The position numbers were made by a program, and so were the translations under genes. From Phoronis australis (lineage: Eukaryota > Animalia > Phoronida): DNA of 64,000 nt. Where the stretch lies: NCBI GenBank assembly GCA_002633005.1, contig NMRA01000759.1:99195-163194 (forward strand). The letters run 5' to 3'. The notes below the pieces were generated by a model. It did not search any database. It saw nothing but the letters and a program-made list of their open reading frames with translations, and was not told the DNA's origin. Positions 40,301-53,620 of the stretch are shown piece after piece (positions within the stretch are counted from its first letter, which is position 1; every line of letters starts with the position of its first letter).

Positions 40301-40785
40301 AAAAGCACTGGCTCTCGAGACCAGGGCAGACTGGATCCACCTTAGATCAAAACTTCAAACTACGGGGCACGACTCCAGAGCAGGAAGACAACCTTCAAAC
40401 TTCTAAGACGAAGCCGGAGCCGGACGAACGACTTCAGTGACCAAGAGTCAAGGGGAAAAGAACATTTGAGGTATAGACATTTATCACGGGCGTTGGTCTC
40501 AGCCTGTTAGTCAATTTGAACCGGCTAGTGATTGTTCTGGAGGGTTAGTTCTGTTGTGACTTGTATTGTGTTAACGTGTGCGGTAGCTACGGGAACCAGT
40601 GGCACTGTTGATTAATAGTTTTCTAGTAGGGATATCTTGTCTCAATTATTCAGTCGTCAGTCTCACAACTTATTGTAATCATTAATTTGTAAATCACAAC
40701 GCTGCAAATTAATAGACGTATTCTATTGTTAAAGTATTCGTGTGTTGTTTTATTACCACGTGCGCGCCATTTATCGGCCACAACA
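40301..40785 (+). mobile_element. Possible 3' part of an LTR next to the gap
   Basis: Ends ...GGCCACAACA just before copy B begins; left end and TSD not visible. Confidence 0.35.
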
Positions 40786-42453
40786 CGCATTGATATACCA
40801 CACCAATCGCCAACAGTTTTGTTCAACCGATACTTGAGCGAGCTGGCGAGGTCTGAAATGTGGTGCATTTTGTTTTAAAAATAAGTAACAATCTAGTTCT
40901 TCCCGAAGTAGTCCGCGGCTTTAAACTCTTGAAAAGAAAACCTGGCAGTATCAAATACCAACATAGAACTCTTGCCTTAGAGTTCTATGGTGTCACACAA
41001 TATATCACTCGACAAGTGATGTGCTGATAATTGCTAATGTCAGGAATGAAGATGGGGTGATCATTGAAATAATAAGTTACTTTAAACCTGCAGTTGAGCT
41101 CATACTGCCTAGCTGTTTGAGAACTCAAAACAGTTTAGGGTTGAGTTCATCAACGCTTGGACCCCGCTAAAAAGCAAGACTTCAGGAGATTATGTGAGTT
41201 ATTGCCTTACATTTTAAATGAGAGTACGTGATTTTGATTAGATTTTAGCGAGGTCCTCGTCTTAGCGTAGGTCCTAGCGTTAGTAAACTCTATTCACTTC
41301 CAATTCATTGACGCTAGGACCTCGCTTAAAAGCTAGACATCGACTGCCAGATTGCATGAGACGTTGCAGACGGTGTATTTTATATGAGAATATGTGAATT
41401 TGGCTAGATTTTATCTAGGTCCTAGTGTAATACATGTAGGTCCTAGCCTTACTGGACGCACACCTTTTTTCTCCCGGCCCCGGGTCACACCATGCCGCAA
41501 GTGTGACAAGTCATTGAGAGACTGGGTCGCGTTTGCGCGTGAAATAACACGTGGATATTTCTACAGTGTATCTGTCCAGAGTGGTCTAGTTTGATACTTC
41601 TGTATCCTTCCGATTGTTGCCGTAGCGCGAGTTACAATGTACGTCAGTGATGTACAAGCCCAGACATCCAATTTACTGTGAACGTAGCGAGAAGTGGACG
41701 TGTCTGTTTAAGTTCACTCCCAGGAGTCAGTATTCGTTTCTAAGCCACACTCGGCAGTCGGTTGGATAGTCTACGGTTGAATCTGATTGCGGTTAGACGA
41801 TGATAAAAAACACCAGTCACCTTGCGCATCAATTGAAATTGGCGCCTTAGGAGGGCGTCGAACAAATTCTCGCTTTATCAAACTTGCTCTACGAGAGGCC
41901 CAATTTGGTAAACCAGTACAAAATAATGCGTCAGCAAACCAGTAAAAAATGTCTGGTGTTGGTCTGTGTAATAATCAAGTGTTGAGCTTTTGCTGAGGCC
42001 GGTAGCATTGGGGGCACGAATCCGATGATAACTGCTTTTGAATGCTGTTGTTTAAATATCGATGATTCGACAGGTTTATTTTGACATGAACCAACGTTTA
42101 TTAGAATTTACAGCAGAATCCTAAGTTGGATATCACAAACCAACTCGTAAAAATTTCCACACAAGAAATTTGTGTGTCGTGTCAGTTGGAAAAGTTATGT
42201 GCTTCCCAGTTTATTGAGCAAGTCTATGGGCAGACATTTATACAAAACATTTCTGAGGAATTGAATTACACTTAAGATGCTTTTGCAAAGTGCGGTTATC
42301 CACGTTGTTCGTTCACCAAAGCGGAAAGATCAGAGAGGAGAAAAGTAAACACTCAGACAACTACTACTCGGGTCGTGATTCCCTACGTCCAGAGCCTTTC
42401 TGACCGCCTCAAGAGGACATTTAAAAAGGATTGGGGAAAAACAATCGACGAAA

Positions 42454-44731
42454 CAGGGCTCAGCATTAACTTTTTAAGCCACTTAAGTAGTTGAAATTTT
42501 TACTTGCCCGAACAACGAATTCACTTGCCCCATTAGTACAATCCCAAATAGCACCGTGCATGTGCACACCTAGGAAATGTGTTACCGTAGGGCTGCCTGT
42601 GCTGAGCCTCCTCTTGTGTTGTGCACGCTATATACATGAGTTGCTATTTTTTAACGATTCTTCTTACAGAACATTTACTTTATATTAAGGTGTGTCAAAA
42701 CACTAGAGAGACGAATTAGAAGAGTAACTGTGGTATCTGAACCATTGTCACACGTTCACAGGCGCCGAAATGAGCTAGGACATGAACTCTAGACACTTCT
42801 GTGTATTCATTAGTTTATACGCCCTCATGCATTAAACTAGCCAGTCAGCTCGCTGTATGAAGACTGTCGTCAAAATACAGCTAGGTCCCACTGCGTGTAT
42901 TTCTTCCGTAGACAGCGAAATTGCACACAGCCAAGGTAGTTCTGCTCGTCACCGCGCCATGAAACTTGCATCAACCAGTAAAGCTAAAGACCGGACGGTG
43001 TGCACGCAAAATCTGGGAGTCAACCGACACTCACCTTGCCCGTTATAGCCGTTTAAGTGAAAAGCAATGCAATAAACTTCATTTTCTTGCATAACTCTCT
43101 GCCTTTTCTAACAATAAAAAATATTTCGTCGTTTTGAAAACAGTACGCTCGTGTCACGCGCACGCGCCATTTCCTAAATTTTTGCGACATCTCTCAGGAG
43201 ACAATGATAGCTTGGAAGCAACAAAATTTCTTCTGAAATTTGATTTTTCGGTACCAAAATTCTAAAAACTTTTAATGATGTGAAACCAGTTCTGATAATT
43301 TGTTGTGACGTGTACGCAACCTCGTGAAAGAACAACAGTTGATTGAAGAATCGGCGAAACTAAGAAACTGGCTACGCAAAATTTCATAGCGCCGAAAGCG
43401 GTCACTAAAAGTTCGCTCCACAACTTTAGCAGCAGAATAACGGTAGTACGCCATTTGTGCCAACACCGTTAAATAATTTAAATTACTCAAGGAAGACTGT
43501 AGTTTTTAATGACGCTAATTTTGTGTCTGATTTTATCTTACCACTTTTTTACCCGCATCGGTGCAAAGCTGTATATTCACAGCTTTGTACCAAGGCTAGC
43601 ATTAAACTTGAGTTGTTGCTAACCAGCCTAGTCCCGTTCAGTAGCGCTAGGACCTCGCTAAAAAGCAAGACTTCGCGAGATTTCGTAAGAAATTGCCGTG
43701 TATTTTAAATGAGAACACGTGACTTTGACTAGGGTTTAGCTAGGTCCTAGCGTAGGTCCTAGCGTCTACTGAACACACGCCTGAATTTCAGTTTTTGCTA
43801 TCCGTAAAAATCTTGCAGTTTTGGTCATCGGTACCTTGTATTAAATTAAAATCAAATTTTAACATATAATAACGCCACATATACTTTTATTTTCAATAAA
43901 TAATTACATTTTTGAAAAATAGACCGCGAAAAAGTCACCCTTCGAGACTTCAGAGCGGCAATCCCTAAGACCGTATTCCTCTTCTTTCGGGAGTCGGCAC
44001 CGGGAGCCGGGAATTCATAAGAATGTCCTTTGGAATTTCCCCTGAATAAATACCAGGCCTTTTAAACTGCTGTGTAGTGTATAAAATATGTCGTCAATCA
44101 TTCACTTTTTAGCTTTTGCGCTTATCTGTATGACTTACATCCGCTGACGAACGCGGTGCTTCCAGCTGTCATGGGTAAACGCCGGCAAAAATCAAACGTC
44201 ATCCCTTGTTCACTGTCTCGCAGGCCAGAAAACCTAATTTTCCACGACGGAATCCATCCCCGCACTCTTTTCGTTTTGATATTATTGCTTTGATTCTTCC
44301 TGAACTCGTTTTTAGCAACTAAACAAATGCCGTCCAGGCCTGGACAACTGCCATGTTTAGACGTTTTGCCGTTGTTTTGCCAGAGTGCACACGATCAGTA
44401 GTAGTATCACGTGACAGCTTAGAGAATCGAAAGGATTTAACCGCGAGCGTCATCTGTGCACGCTGCATCACTCGTTCTATTTTCTTTTCGGTGCTCATTC
44501 GAAGACGAAAATTTCGATCTTTGACGGCCACGGGCTTTTTCGACGGTTTTTAGGCTTGTGTCGGGGTTCGTTACTTTGGAGCAAATGTCAAGCAGACAAT
44601 CTTAGGATCTACTTGCCTATGCGGCTAGCTTTTTAACTTGCTCATCGGGCAAGTACTTTTCAAATTCCACTTGCCCGACGCAAAATCTACATGTACACGG
44701 GCAATCGGGCAACCGTTAGTGTTGAGCCCTG
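42454..44731 (-). mobile_element. Non-autonomous hAT-type DNA transposon
   Basis: TIRs CAGGGCTCAGCATTAAC / GTTAGTGTTGAGCCCTG; subterminal CTTGCCCG motifs; empty site at ~25005-25020; minus-strand TTF-zinc-finger-like remnant RVRGWIPSWKIRFSGLRDSEQGMTFDFCRR...AFVSGCKSYR at ~44125-44280. Confidence 0.85.
42689..43780. mobile_element. Probable nested Kolobok-like repeat inside the hAT element
   Basis: ttaa|GGTGTGTC ... CACACGCC|tgaa; interior similar to 31110-31780 and 22815-22940 (AGGTCCTAGCG motifs). Confidence 0.45.
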
Positions 44732-44980
44732 CGAAACTGGATTGAATTCACAACACTACTGGATAGATGGAACATAAACGACGGAACATCATGGATTTCA
44801 CAAAACAGGATGGAATAAACAAAGCAGCTTTGGGTTCACGATATGGAACACACTACTGTGGATTGAATTGATGTAGATGCATTGAATGCTAAGACAAGAT
44901 TGAATAGTCGTACCACTGGCATTAAATGGAATTAAATATGAGTGCGAACTTTAAAATCAGCGCATACGTAAAAATGACAT

Positions 44981-45645
44981 TATATTATTCGACGATTCGG
45001 TTTATTATCTCCAAACCAATGTAAAGACAAATGTTCACAATACACTACGAAGGTCGACTTACAGTTTAAAGAATAATTGAAGCTGTTGCTCCATGTTTGC
45101 AACTGTTAACAATTTTTAAAGCCGTTAACAGACTTTGCCAATGTCTGGGCTCAAAACACCATAGAGTATGTCTCAAGGAAGTGATGTTGTGTATTAACAG
45201 ACCTGTAGTGAACAGTTTTACATTGGAATAACCAACAGGATTCTCAACATTACAGTTACAGAACATTTTAAAGACACATGCAGTGCTGTTCTTGTCATTC
45301 ATTGACCACTGGTCACACAATTGATAACTCTGGTGTTCAAAGTTTTGACAAGGATAATGCCACCTTCAGGCTCCTCTTTAAAGAATCTTATTCATTTACA
45401 TATGCAGCTGAATCACAGTGAATGCTATATGAATAGAAACATTAGATCAATCAATGAGGTAAATATCTACCTCATTGGTTCACTTAAGCCCAACTGTTTT
45501 GAATTCAGGTCTCTCCCCTCACAATGCATTTTGAAATGTACCTCTGCAGACTCTTTTAGTGCTGTGTTACCTAACTGGAATATTGTGAACATTTGTCTTG
45601 AGAATGGTTTAGTGATTATAAACCGAAACTTCGATTAATACAATA
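44981..45645 (+). mobile_element. Paralogous copy of the truncated Penelope-like element
   Basis: Matches 25251-25930; inverted pLTR 44981-45041 vs 45582-45645. Confidence 0.8.
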
Positions 45646-45833
45646 TCTGTTTAGATATGCGCTGCTTTTAAATCACATCATCATTTTTTGGACAAAAACA
45701 AATAGAACCGAATATACTATTTGATGTTTTTTGGACAAAGGGCCGCCAGTAGGAACCTGTTGTTGGCTGGGAGAAATTTTAACCCGTGACCGCGAGACAA
45801 AATGATGCCGTCTTCATCGTTCAGACATACTTT

Positions 45834-48800
45834 ACATACATGTAGAATGCCTACAGTAGGTCTATATCAAACAAGCTTTTTGAGATTTCATTTTGACCAA
45901 TAATATCACACGGAAGTGGGTCACGTGTTGCTGTAAATCTTGCTACATTTCACTGAAAGACAAAATCTTGAGGTCCACTCTATGGCAGATTTGAATAAAG
46001 TGAAACGTCAAATTCAATAGACTTTCTACATTTAAATACTATTATTGGGTTGAAATCTTTAATTTGCAGTGGGCGTTTGGATAAATACACAGACTAGTCT
46101 ATAAGACCCTACATGATCTGAACAAGAACCGAGATTGGAGGTCCTCATGTTTTTCTAACACTTGTTTCTCATACTACTGGTGTAAAATTGTGGCATTGGT
46201 GTGAAACGAGTAAAATAAATTTGCCCAAAGTCTCTTTAGTGCAGACTCAACTGTTTCCATGAAGGTTGTTTGACACAATTTGTCAAGAGTCCGTATTTAG
46301 CATCCATTGTTATAAGACATTGACCAATGATAACACATTTGAATACAATTTTTATTTCAATTAATGTATTATTTGGTTAGAAATATGTTGATTTTATGTC
46401 GCCTTTTTAGTTTTGCGTTTGTTAATTGTGCATGACATCTGATTTCAAAATCATGCCATACTAATTAATCCGCTAACCAAAGTATAGACATAGCGGTGAA
46501 TTAATTTAAACATTAATTTTGAACTTATTTATAAAGGAAGCTTCTAATCCCAGATTGCTGCCACCAACTAATCACATTCCGCAACTCAAAAACATTCGCC
46601 CTGCAGCATTGCAGTGGCACAAAATGAAAAAGACTCACATTTTTGAAGACATCATAATAATGTATTTATGCGATGTTATGTTGCTGAAAACAAAGTTCGT
46701 TGTCTCCTCACTTTTTGTGGAAAGAGCCAAACCCTAACATGTTGATGAACCAAAATCAAGACGAACACGTTTATTTATGCGGACGTAAAGGAATGTTAAA
46801 CACCCATTGTAACATAAAAGTGTCGTCTTATCAAAATAATCCGTTTTCAAAGGAACTTCAATCAATTCACACTTTGACACTGATGTGCATATTAGACACT
46901 GTATTACAGAAAAAAATATCCCATCACCCCTTAAGTTTTTGCAAACATGTATTTGGCAAACATCCCGGTACAAAATGAAAAAGTTAAAAAATCAAGTAAC
47001 ATTTTGTTGATCACCCATAAAATGCGTACGTTGTTTAATGCTAACTTGATGTTATCCAACGAATATGTTTTTTTAACGCCTACATGTATTATCTATTCGA
47101 CAGAGGGAATCCCCATTTCATCATGCAGCGAAATTTAGTGACGTAGATTATCAGAAGTCGAAGATTAGAGGAATTACCTACGAGAACGCACTGTATGAGG
47201 TACGCAGTCATTGAGTGACTCACGTGTTACAAAACTACTCCTGAAGCAATGATCTTGTTATTAAAATCTGCTTTAAAGAAACATTTTTACACTTTCAGTA
47301 TTGTTGAGCGGCAAACATATTTCATCTCTGTGGTATTTATTGTTGCTATCAAACATATGCCTGAGTAGAAACGCTCGACATCTTTTCTGCATCTTTCGCA
47401 ATTACCGAATTGTGGTTAGAGAGACCTGGATGGAAGTGGTACATTGAATGGTTCATAATGCATCAAGGACACGTGATGTTAACACTTGGACATAATGTGA
47501 AAGGAGTGATATGTTTGTGTGCAGCAACGTTTTGAGTATTTTTCTGAAATATTCAAGGTATCTCTCAGCCAAACTAATGTTAGATACTTGGTCTATTGTT
47601 CCTTCTGACAAAGATCCCATGTGACAATTTGCCTATTTATGGTTAAGCTAACCTGGGATCTTCAAAAAGTATTTTAGGAATCAGAGAACGATTAAGACAT
47701 ACATGTAGAATGCCTACAGTAGGTCTATATCAAACAAGCTTTTTGAGATTTCATTTTGACCAATAATATCACACGGAAGTGGGTCACGTGTTGCTGTAAA
47801 TCTTGCTACATTTCACTGAAAGACAAAATCTCGAGGTCCACTCTATGGCAGATTTGAAGTGAAACGTCAAATTCAATAGACTTTCTAAATTTAAATACTA
47901 TTATTGGGTTGAAATCTTTAATTTGCAGGGGGCGTTTGGATAAATACACAGACTAGTCTATAAGATCCTACATGATCTGAAAAGAACTGAGATTGGAAGT
48001 CCTCATGTTTTTCTAACACACTTGCTTCTCATACTACTGGTGTTAACATTGTGACATTGATGTCTAACGAGTGAAATAAATGTGCCCAAAGTCTCTTGAG
48101 TAGAGCAGACTCAACTGTTTCCATGAAGGTTGTTTGACACAATTTGTCAAGAGTCCATATTTAGAATCCATTGTTATAAAACATTGACCAATGATAACAC
48201 ATTTGAATACAATTTTTAATTCAATTAATGTATTATTTGGTTAGAAATATGTTGATTTTATGTCGCCTTTTTAGTTTTGCGTTTGTTAATTGTGCACGAC
48301 ATCTGATTTCAAAATCATGTCATACTAATTAATCCGCTAACCAAAGTGTAGACATAGCGGTGAATTAATTTAAACATTAAATTTGAACTTATTTATAAAG
48401 GAAACTTCTAATCCCAGATTGCTGCCACCAACTAATCACATTCCGCAACTCAAAAACATTCGCCCTGCAGCATTGCAGTGGCACAAAATAAAAAAGACTC
48501 ACATTTTTGCAGACGTCATAATAATGTATTTATGCGATGTTATGTTGCTGAAAACAAAGTTCCTTACCTCCTTACTTTTTGTGCAAAGAGCCAAACCCTA
48601 ACATGTTGATGAACCAAAATCAAGACGAACACGTTTATTTATGCGGACGTAAGGGAATGTTAAACACCCATTGTAACATAAAAGTGTCATCTTATCAAAA
48701 TAATCCGTTTTCAAAGGAACTTCAATCAATTCACACTTTGACACTGATGTGCATATTAGAAACTGTATTACAGAAAAAATATCCCATCACCGCTTAAGTT

Positions 48801-49560
48801 TTTGCAAACATGTATTTGGCAAACATCCCGGTACAAAATGAAAAAGTTAAAAAATCAAGTAACATTTTGTTGATCACCCATAAAATGCGTACGTTGTTTA
48901 ATGCTAACTTGATGTTATCCAACGAATATGTTTTTTTAACGTCTACATGTATTATCTATTCGACAGAGGGAATTCATACTTCATCATGTGAAGCAATTTC
49001 GTTACGTAGATTATCTGAAGTCGAAGCTTGGAAGAAATACCAACGTGAACCCACTGGATAAGGTACGGCAGTCATTGAGTAACTGACGTGTTACAAAACT
49101 ACTCCCGAAGCAATGATCTTGTTATTGAAATCTGCTTTAAAGAAACATTTTTACACGTTCAGTATTGTTGAGCAGCAAACATATTTCATCTCTGTGGTAT
49201 TTATGGTTGTTATCAAACATATGCCTGAGTAGAAACGCTCGACATCTTTTCTGCATCTTTCGCAATTACCGAATTGTGGTTAGAGAGACCTGGATGGAAG
49301 TGGTACATTGAATGGTTCATAATGCATCAAGGACATGTGATGTTAACACTTGGACATAATGTGAAAGGAGTGATATGTTTGTGTGCAGCAACGTGTTGAG
49401 TATTTTTCTGAAATATTCAAGGTATCTCTCAGCCAAACTAATGTTAGATACTTGGTCTATTGTTCCTTCTGACAAAGGTCCCGTGTGACAATTTGCCTAT
49501 TTATGGTTAAGCTAACCTGGGATCTTCAAAAAATATTTTAGGAATCAGACAACGATTAAG
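45834..49560 (+). repeat. ~1.86 kb head-to-tail tandem duplication (45834-47696 / 47697-49560)
   Basis: Both units begin ACATACATGTAGAATGCCTACAG and end AACGATTAAG. Confidence 0.95.
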
Positions 49561-51185
49561 ACAATGCAAGCATTTCAAAATAATCTGAAATTTTAAATCC
49601 AATATTAGTGCGCTCCATAACAGTGAAAAAGAAAATACACGGACACGCAGCTTTTGGAATTTTTTGTACATGTACCTGGATCAAAGATTCACTATTCATT
49701 CCAATGTGTGCTCTGATTTAACATTTGACTTTCATAAATTATACAAACATATATCAGAAGAATAATATATACCTTGTACTGTGTGCCATCAAAGTGCATG
49801 ACTATTGAGGACTTAAGATTTCGTAATATATCTATGGAACTCTTTAGTTTGACAGAAATAATTTTGTCTATGTTAAGAGTAACGAGATTATTAGTTCAAA
49901 CTTTTTTACCATGTAGTTAATACACAATATTTAATCATAATTTCACTTTCACGATCAACTAACCTTAGCCATTGAACTTCAAATAATATTGTAAAATGAG
50001 TTTCTTAACTGTTCATCTACACCATAACTTTGACCTCTTTTACAATTAAATGTATTTAATTTACATTTTTTCACAACTCCCAAAACATTGATACCACGAT
50101 GTTAGTATGAAGGTTTCTTGTGTTATCTTGTGTTTTATAAACGTAACACAGAATAGTTTTCCATAGTCTTTCTAGAATAAATTAAAAACTGGACCCAAGA
50201 CCGCATGTGACTGACAATCAAGAACATCACAACATCACAACATCACAATTACACTATTATTTCTATAGCTTAGGCCATGTGCTTTTTAAGATCGGTGCCA
50301 TCCCCATGTACATCCTTGTTTAAAATTATCAACCTGTTGTCCTACCAGTTGCCAAACGTTTCCTTGTACTGTATTATGAATTGGTGAGTACTATATTTTC
50401 TTTGTTCCGGTAGGCACAGCTTGTTCTGTACACAATACAAGCCATAGGTGGTTGTGGTGCAGATAATGAGGAGTTGGAAAATGGTTTTGTTGTTCTACAC
50501 TGACAAAAATAATAAGTAATGCCTAACATCATGACTGTGATGGTCGAAACAAATGTAGCCAACCACTCAGTAATATTATTTTTTATTCGTGAGTAGAGGG
50601 AGTTGTCGCTCGTGCCATTTTAAGAGGGTCGTAGGGTGAGGGGTTCGAGTGGGTTTTGGAACAATCACACCTGGTTTGGACGAAAATTCTAAAACTAGTC
50701 GCACAAGACTCTTCTAAACTAAGTGATTGAAAATAGAAAATGGCTACGATAATACCCATCTCTTTTACACAGTGATGGCCAGATTCATACAAACCTTATG
50801 ATGTTCACAAACGGCACCCAGCCTGACAACATGGTATCATGCATTTAGTGCACCTGCTGTGAAACATGCATATACCTTCTTTAACATTCTCACTCTGTAA
50901 TAAGCAACCGTTCATTGCTTTGTTGTTTAACCTCAGTAGAACCCTAAAATATGAAAGCAGGATTAACGTATAAGCCTACAGTGGATTTCGTGTTGTTACT
51001 TGGAGCTAAGGACGTTTTAGTTATATTTTATAGATTGTTGGAGGTGATAATTTCTGGCTGACCATGAAATCAGTGAAATGACGTTTTGATCTGTAGGAAG
51101 CATGGTAGTGCTATTTGCATAATTTGTTTAAAGTGACATTATCAGCCTAAAAACTTAGTTAGTGTGATTATACGCGTCGATGATT

Positions 51186-51497
51186 CCCGGGTTCGACTCC
51201 GTCCTTGGTTTCCCGCCAAATCGTTGTCTCACTAGTGGGATAACTTTATGGGTTATTACACGGTTGTATCTGCCATTTGACGCTAATATTGTGGTATAAA
51301 ACCGTGTAACATAAAGTTATCTCACTAGTGAGATACGATTTGGCGGGAAACCGAGGACGGAGTCGAACCCAGGTCCTTTATATTGCTGGTCGCCGACTTT
51401 ACCACTACACCAGGCAGCGACTGACGTCATCAAGAGTGAAAATAGAATACTTAAGTGAACACGCGCAACAATCGCATGTTCAGCGAAGGGCATTGTA
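51186..51497. mobile_element. Two inverted copies of the Pol III-box repeat forming a fold-back
   Basis: 51186-51265 is complementary to 51299-51373; the minus copy reads TGGTGTAGTGG ... GGTTCGACTCC. Confidence 0.8.
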
Positions 51498-51654
51498 CTG
51501 TACTTATACACTACGAAAAATAAGACACATAATTTCCATAAAAGTGATATCTTAATTCAGTGAAAAATTTCTCTCATGTCTTCTTACTTGTAAATCACCG
51601 ATCTACAATTTGAATGCGAATATCGTGTCGTCAGGATCTTTGACTTGAGAATTA

Positions 51655-51880
51655 CCGTAATCGTTCGGGTTAACGCCCATGTTCAGTTAACCGCCCATCC
51701 CCGACTTTAAGTGGATTTCCGATTTAACCGCCCACTGCTCAGTTAACCACCCTCCCCCGATTTTTTAAGAGTTCCAGCTAAGCGCCCACCTCTCGGTTAA
51801 GCGCCCACCCCGACTTTTAAAGAATGAAGATTTAGCGCCTAGTGCTAACTAAGGAAACGCGCGATTCCCCGACTTTTAGA
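51655..51880 (+). mobile_element. One end of a Tc1/mariner (Tc2/pogo-like) element with subterminal repeats
   Basis: TA|CCGTAATC start followed by ~7 TAA(C/G)CGCCCA motifs; other end not found. Confidence 0.55.
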
Positions 51881-53620
51881 AAAAGATCGATGATCACAAT
51901 GACTGCAACGACGCCGGGACTCCGAGACGGTGGTTTAGCAATCTGAATCACAATACAGGTAAAGAGTTATTGTCTTGGGTCATGAACTCACTTCAAAATA
52001 CTTGAACCTTTTTGTCACTTTATTTTCTTCCCTTGTTTGCAAAGTTTAAGAACGCCGCCGGCGTCAAAACCTCCGCTTTCAGCGACTTTGTCTGCCGCAC
52101 TGATTTTCCGTCTGCAGTGCACTAGATAAAACATATATTTGAAAATCAGGCCAGAGAAATGTGACAATGGTTTTGCCAATCCTCCAAATTCTATTAAGGT
52201 GGGAAGCTTTCGTATTTTGAACAAATCTCACAACTCACGGAAAGACGTCAAATTCTCAATATTTTGATGAATATAACTGCCGGGTTATAGAGTATGTGGG
52301 GCGACCGAAGGGACAGTACAAGTGCCTTACTGGGTTACCGATTTCGTTGCTGTCTGTCGATTTCTGAATTCAAACGTTGGCAATAATGTATGTTTGTGTA
52401 TGATCTTGAAGTAATAAAAAACGGCAAGTCAAATTTTGTTTTTCGCTTATTGCATCTCAGTCAAACTGGTTAGCAGATTCAACTAATGTCGCTGGCTGTT
52501 CTTTACTATTTCGTGCGTCAGCCCCCACGTAAGCGTGACTGTGTGAATTATCATTTCCACTTCCCCTTTTTAGCCATCCGGAATAGTTTTGTTCATACAT
52601 TGGCCATTTTCAGCCTGAACAAAAATTCTTACCATTCGAGTCTGAAATATCTACGACGTAGACTGCTTGACGATAGTGGGTAGGAGATTCACGCAGCTAG
52701 TTACAGGGATGGGCTTAGGGAGCATCGTGCCGGGAAATATGGGAATAGACTTGACATCGCAGTTTTGGGGAACATTGGCAACGGAGGAATATCGTAAAGA
52801 ACTGGGTCTTTCGTAACAACAGCTTAAAAGTACATAGTCACGCCCGTTTTTGTTACTTCGTCGGACTGTCGCTATGTGTGACTGATTTGTAGTGGTGCAC
52901 GTGCGCAAGTTCCCACACTTTGGAGTGCATGTTACCTTGACACCAACATGTGATTGACAGGTGACTCACACGTAGGCCCTACGTGCGTGCTGAATACCGC
53001 CACTATCTTTGGCCATAAAAAACGAGATGCATATTGAAAGAGGCCGTTATATTACTTGACGGCATTTCCAAGTCACGATTGTCAGCCGACTGAGACATTG
53101 CGCGATAACAGCGGGACCGAACAGTGCCGCAGTGCGATATTACAAGTGATATAAATAGGATAATCTGGACATCTTGCATGAAAAATAAATGTTTTTCCAC
53201 CACGAAGTTTGGTAAGGTGATCGTTTAGAATAATGAATTGAAACATTGCTGTTTTCTGACATTTTGTAACATATTTATGCAGTTGCTTGAAATTTTCTTC
53301 TTGATCGACGACTGGCTCGACCACCCCCGATCCTTGTCTTACTTCTTTGCATAGCATGTTTGGCGCAACGGCAAGAGAGCAATGCCGGGCTGTCGAGATA
53401 AGACAGCTAGCCGCAGAACCATACGCTGAAAATGTCATTGAGTCACGGAGTGTCGACTATAACATCCCAAACACAAAAAAACAGCAGAGTTAAGTTTTTC
53501 AAACTTTTATTACAACCAATTTTAAAACTGCTCTCTGACTCAGAACTTGACAGCTACATATAGTACGAGACCATAAATTTGATGTCTGACCTCTGCAACA
53601 AGTGAAGCTTGCACGCGCGC

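Larger units (their letters stand above)
40803..51185 (+). repeat. Segmental duplication, copy B
   Basis: Matches 22463-29604; lacks ~23456-24326; gains a hAT insertion and an internal tandem duplication. Confidence 0.95.

Noticed and set aside
39656-40406. ORFs of 186-229 aa
   Set aside because: Artefacts of the N gap.
51360-51425. Functional tRNA genes here, at ~12260-12330 and at ~10325-10395
   Set aside because: A and B boxes are present, but there is no proper acceptor or anticodon stem; all are parts of repeats.
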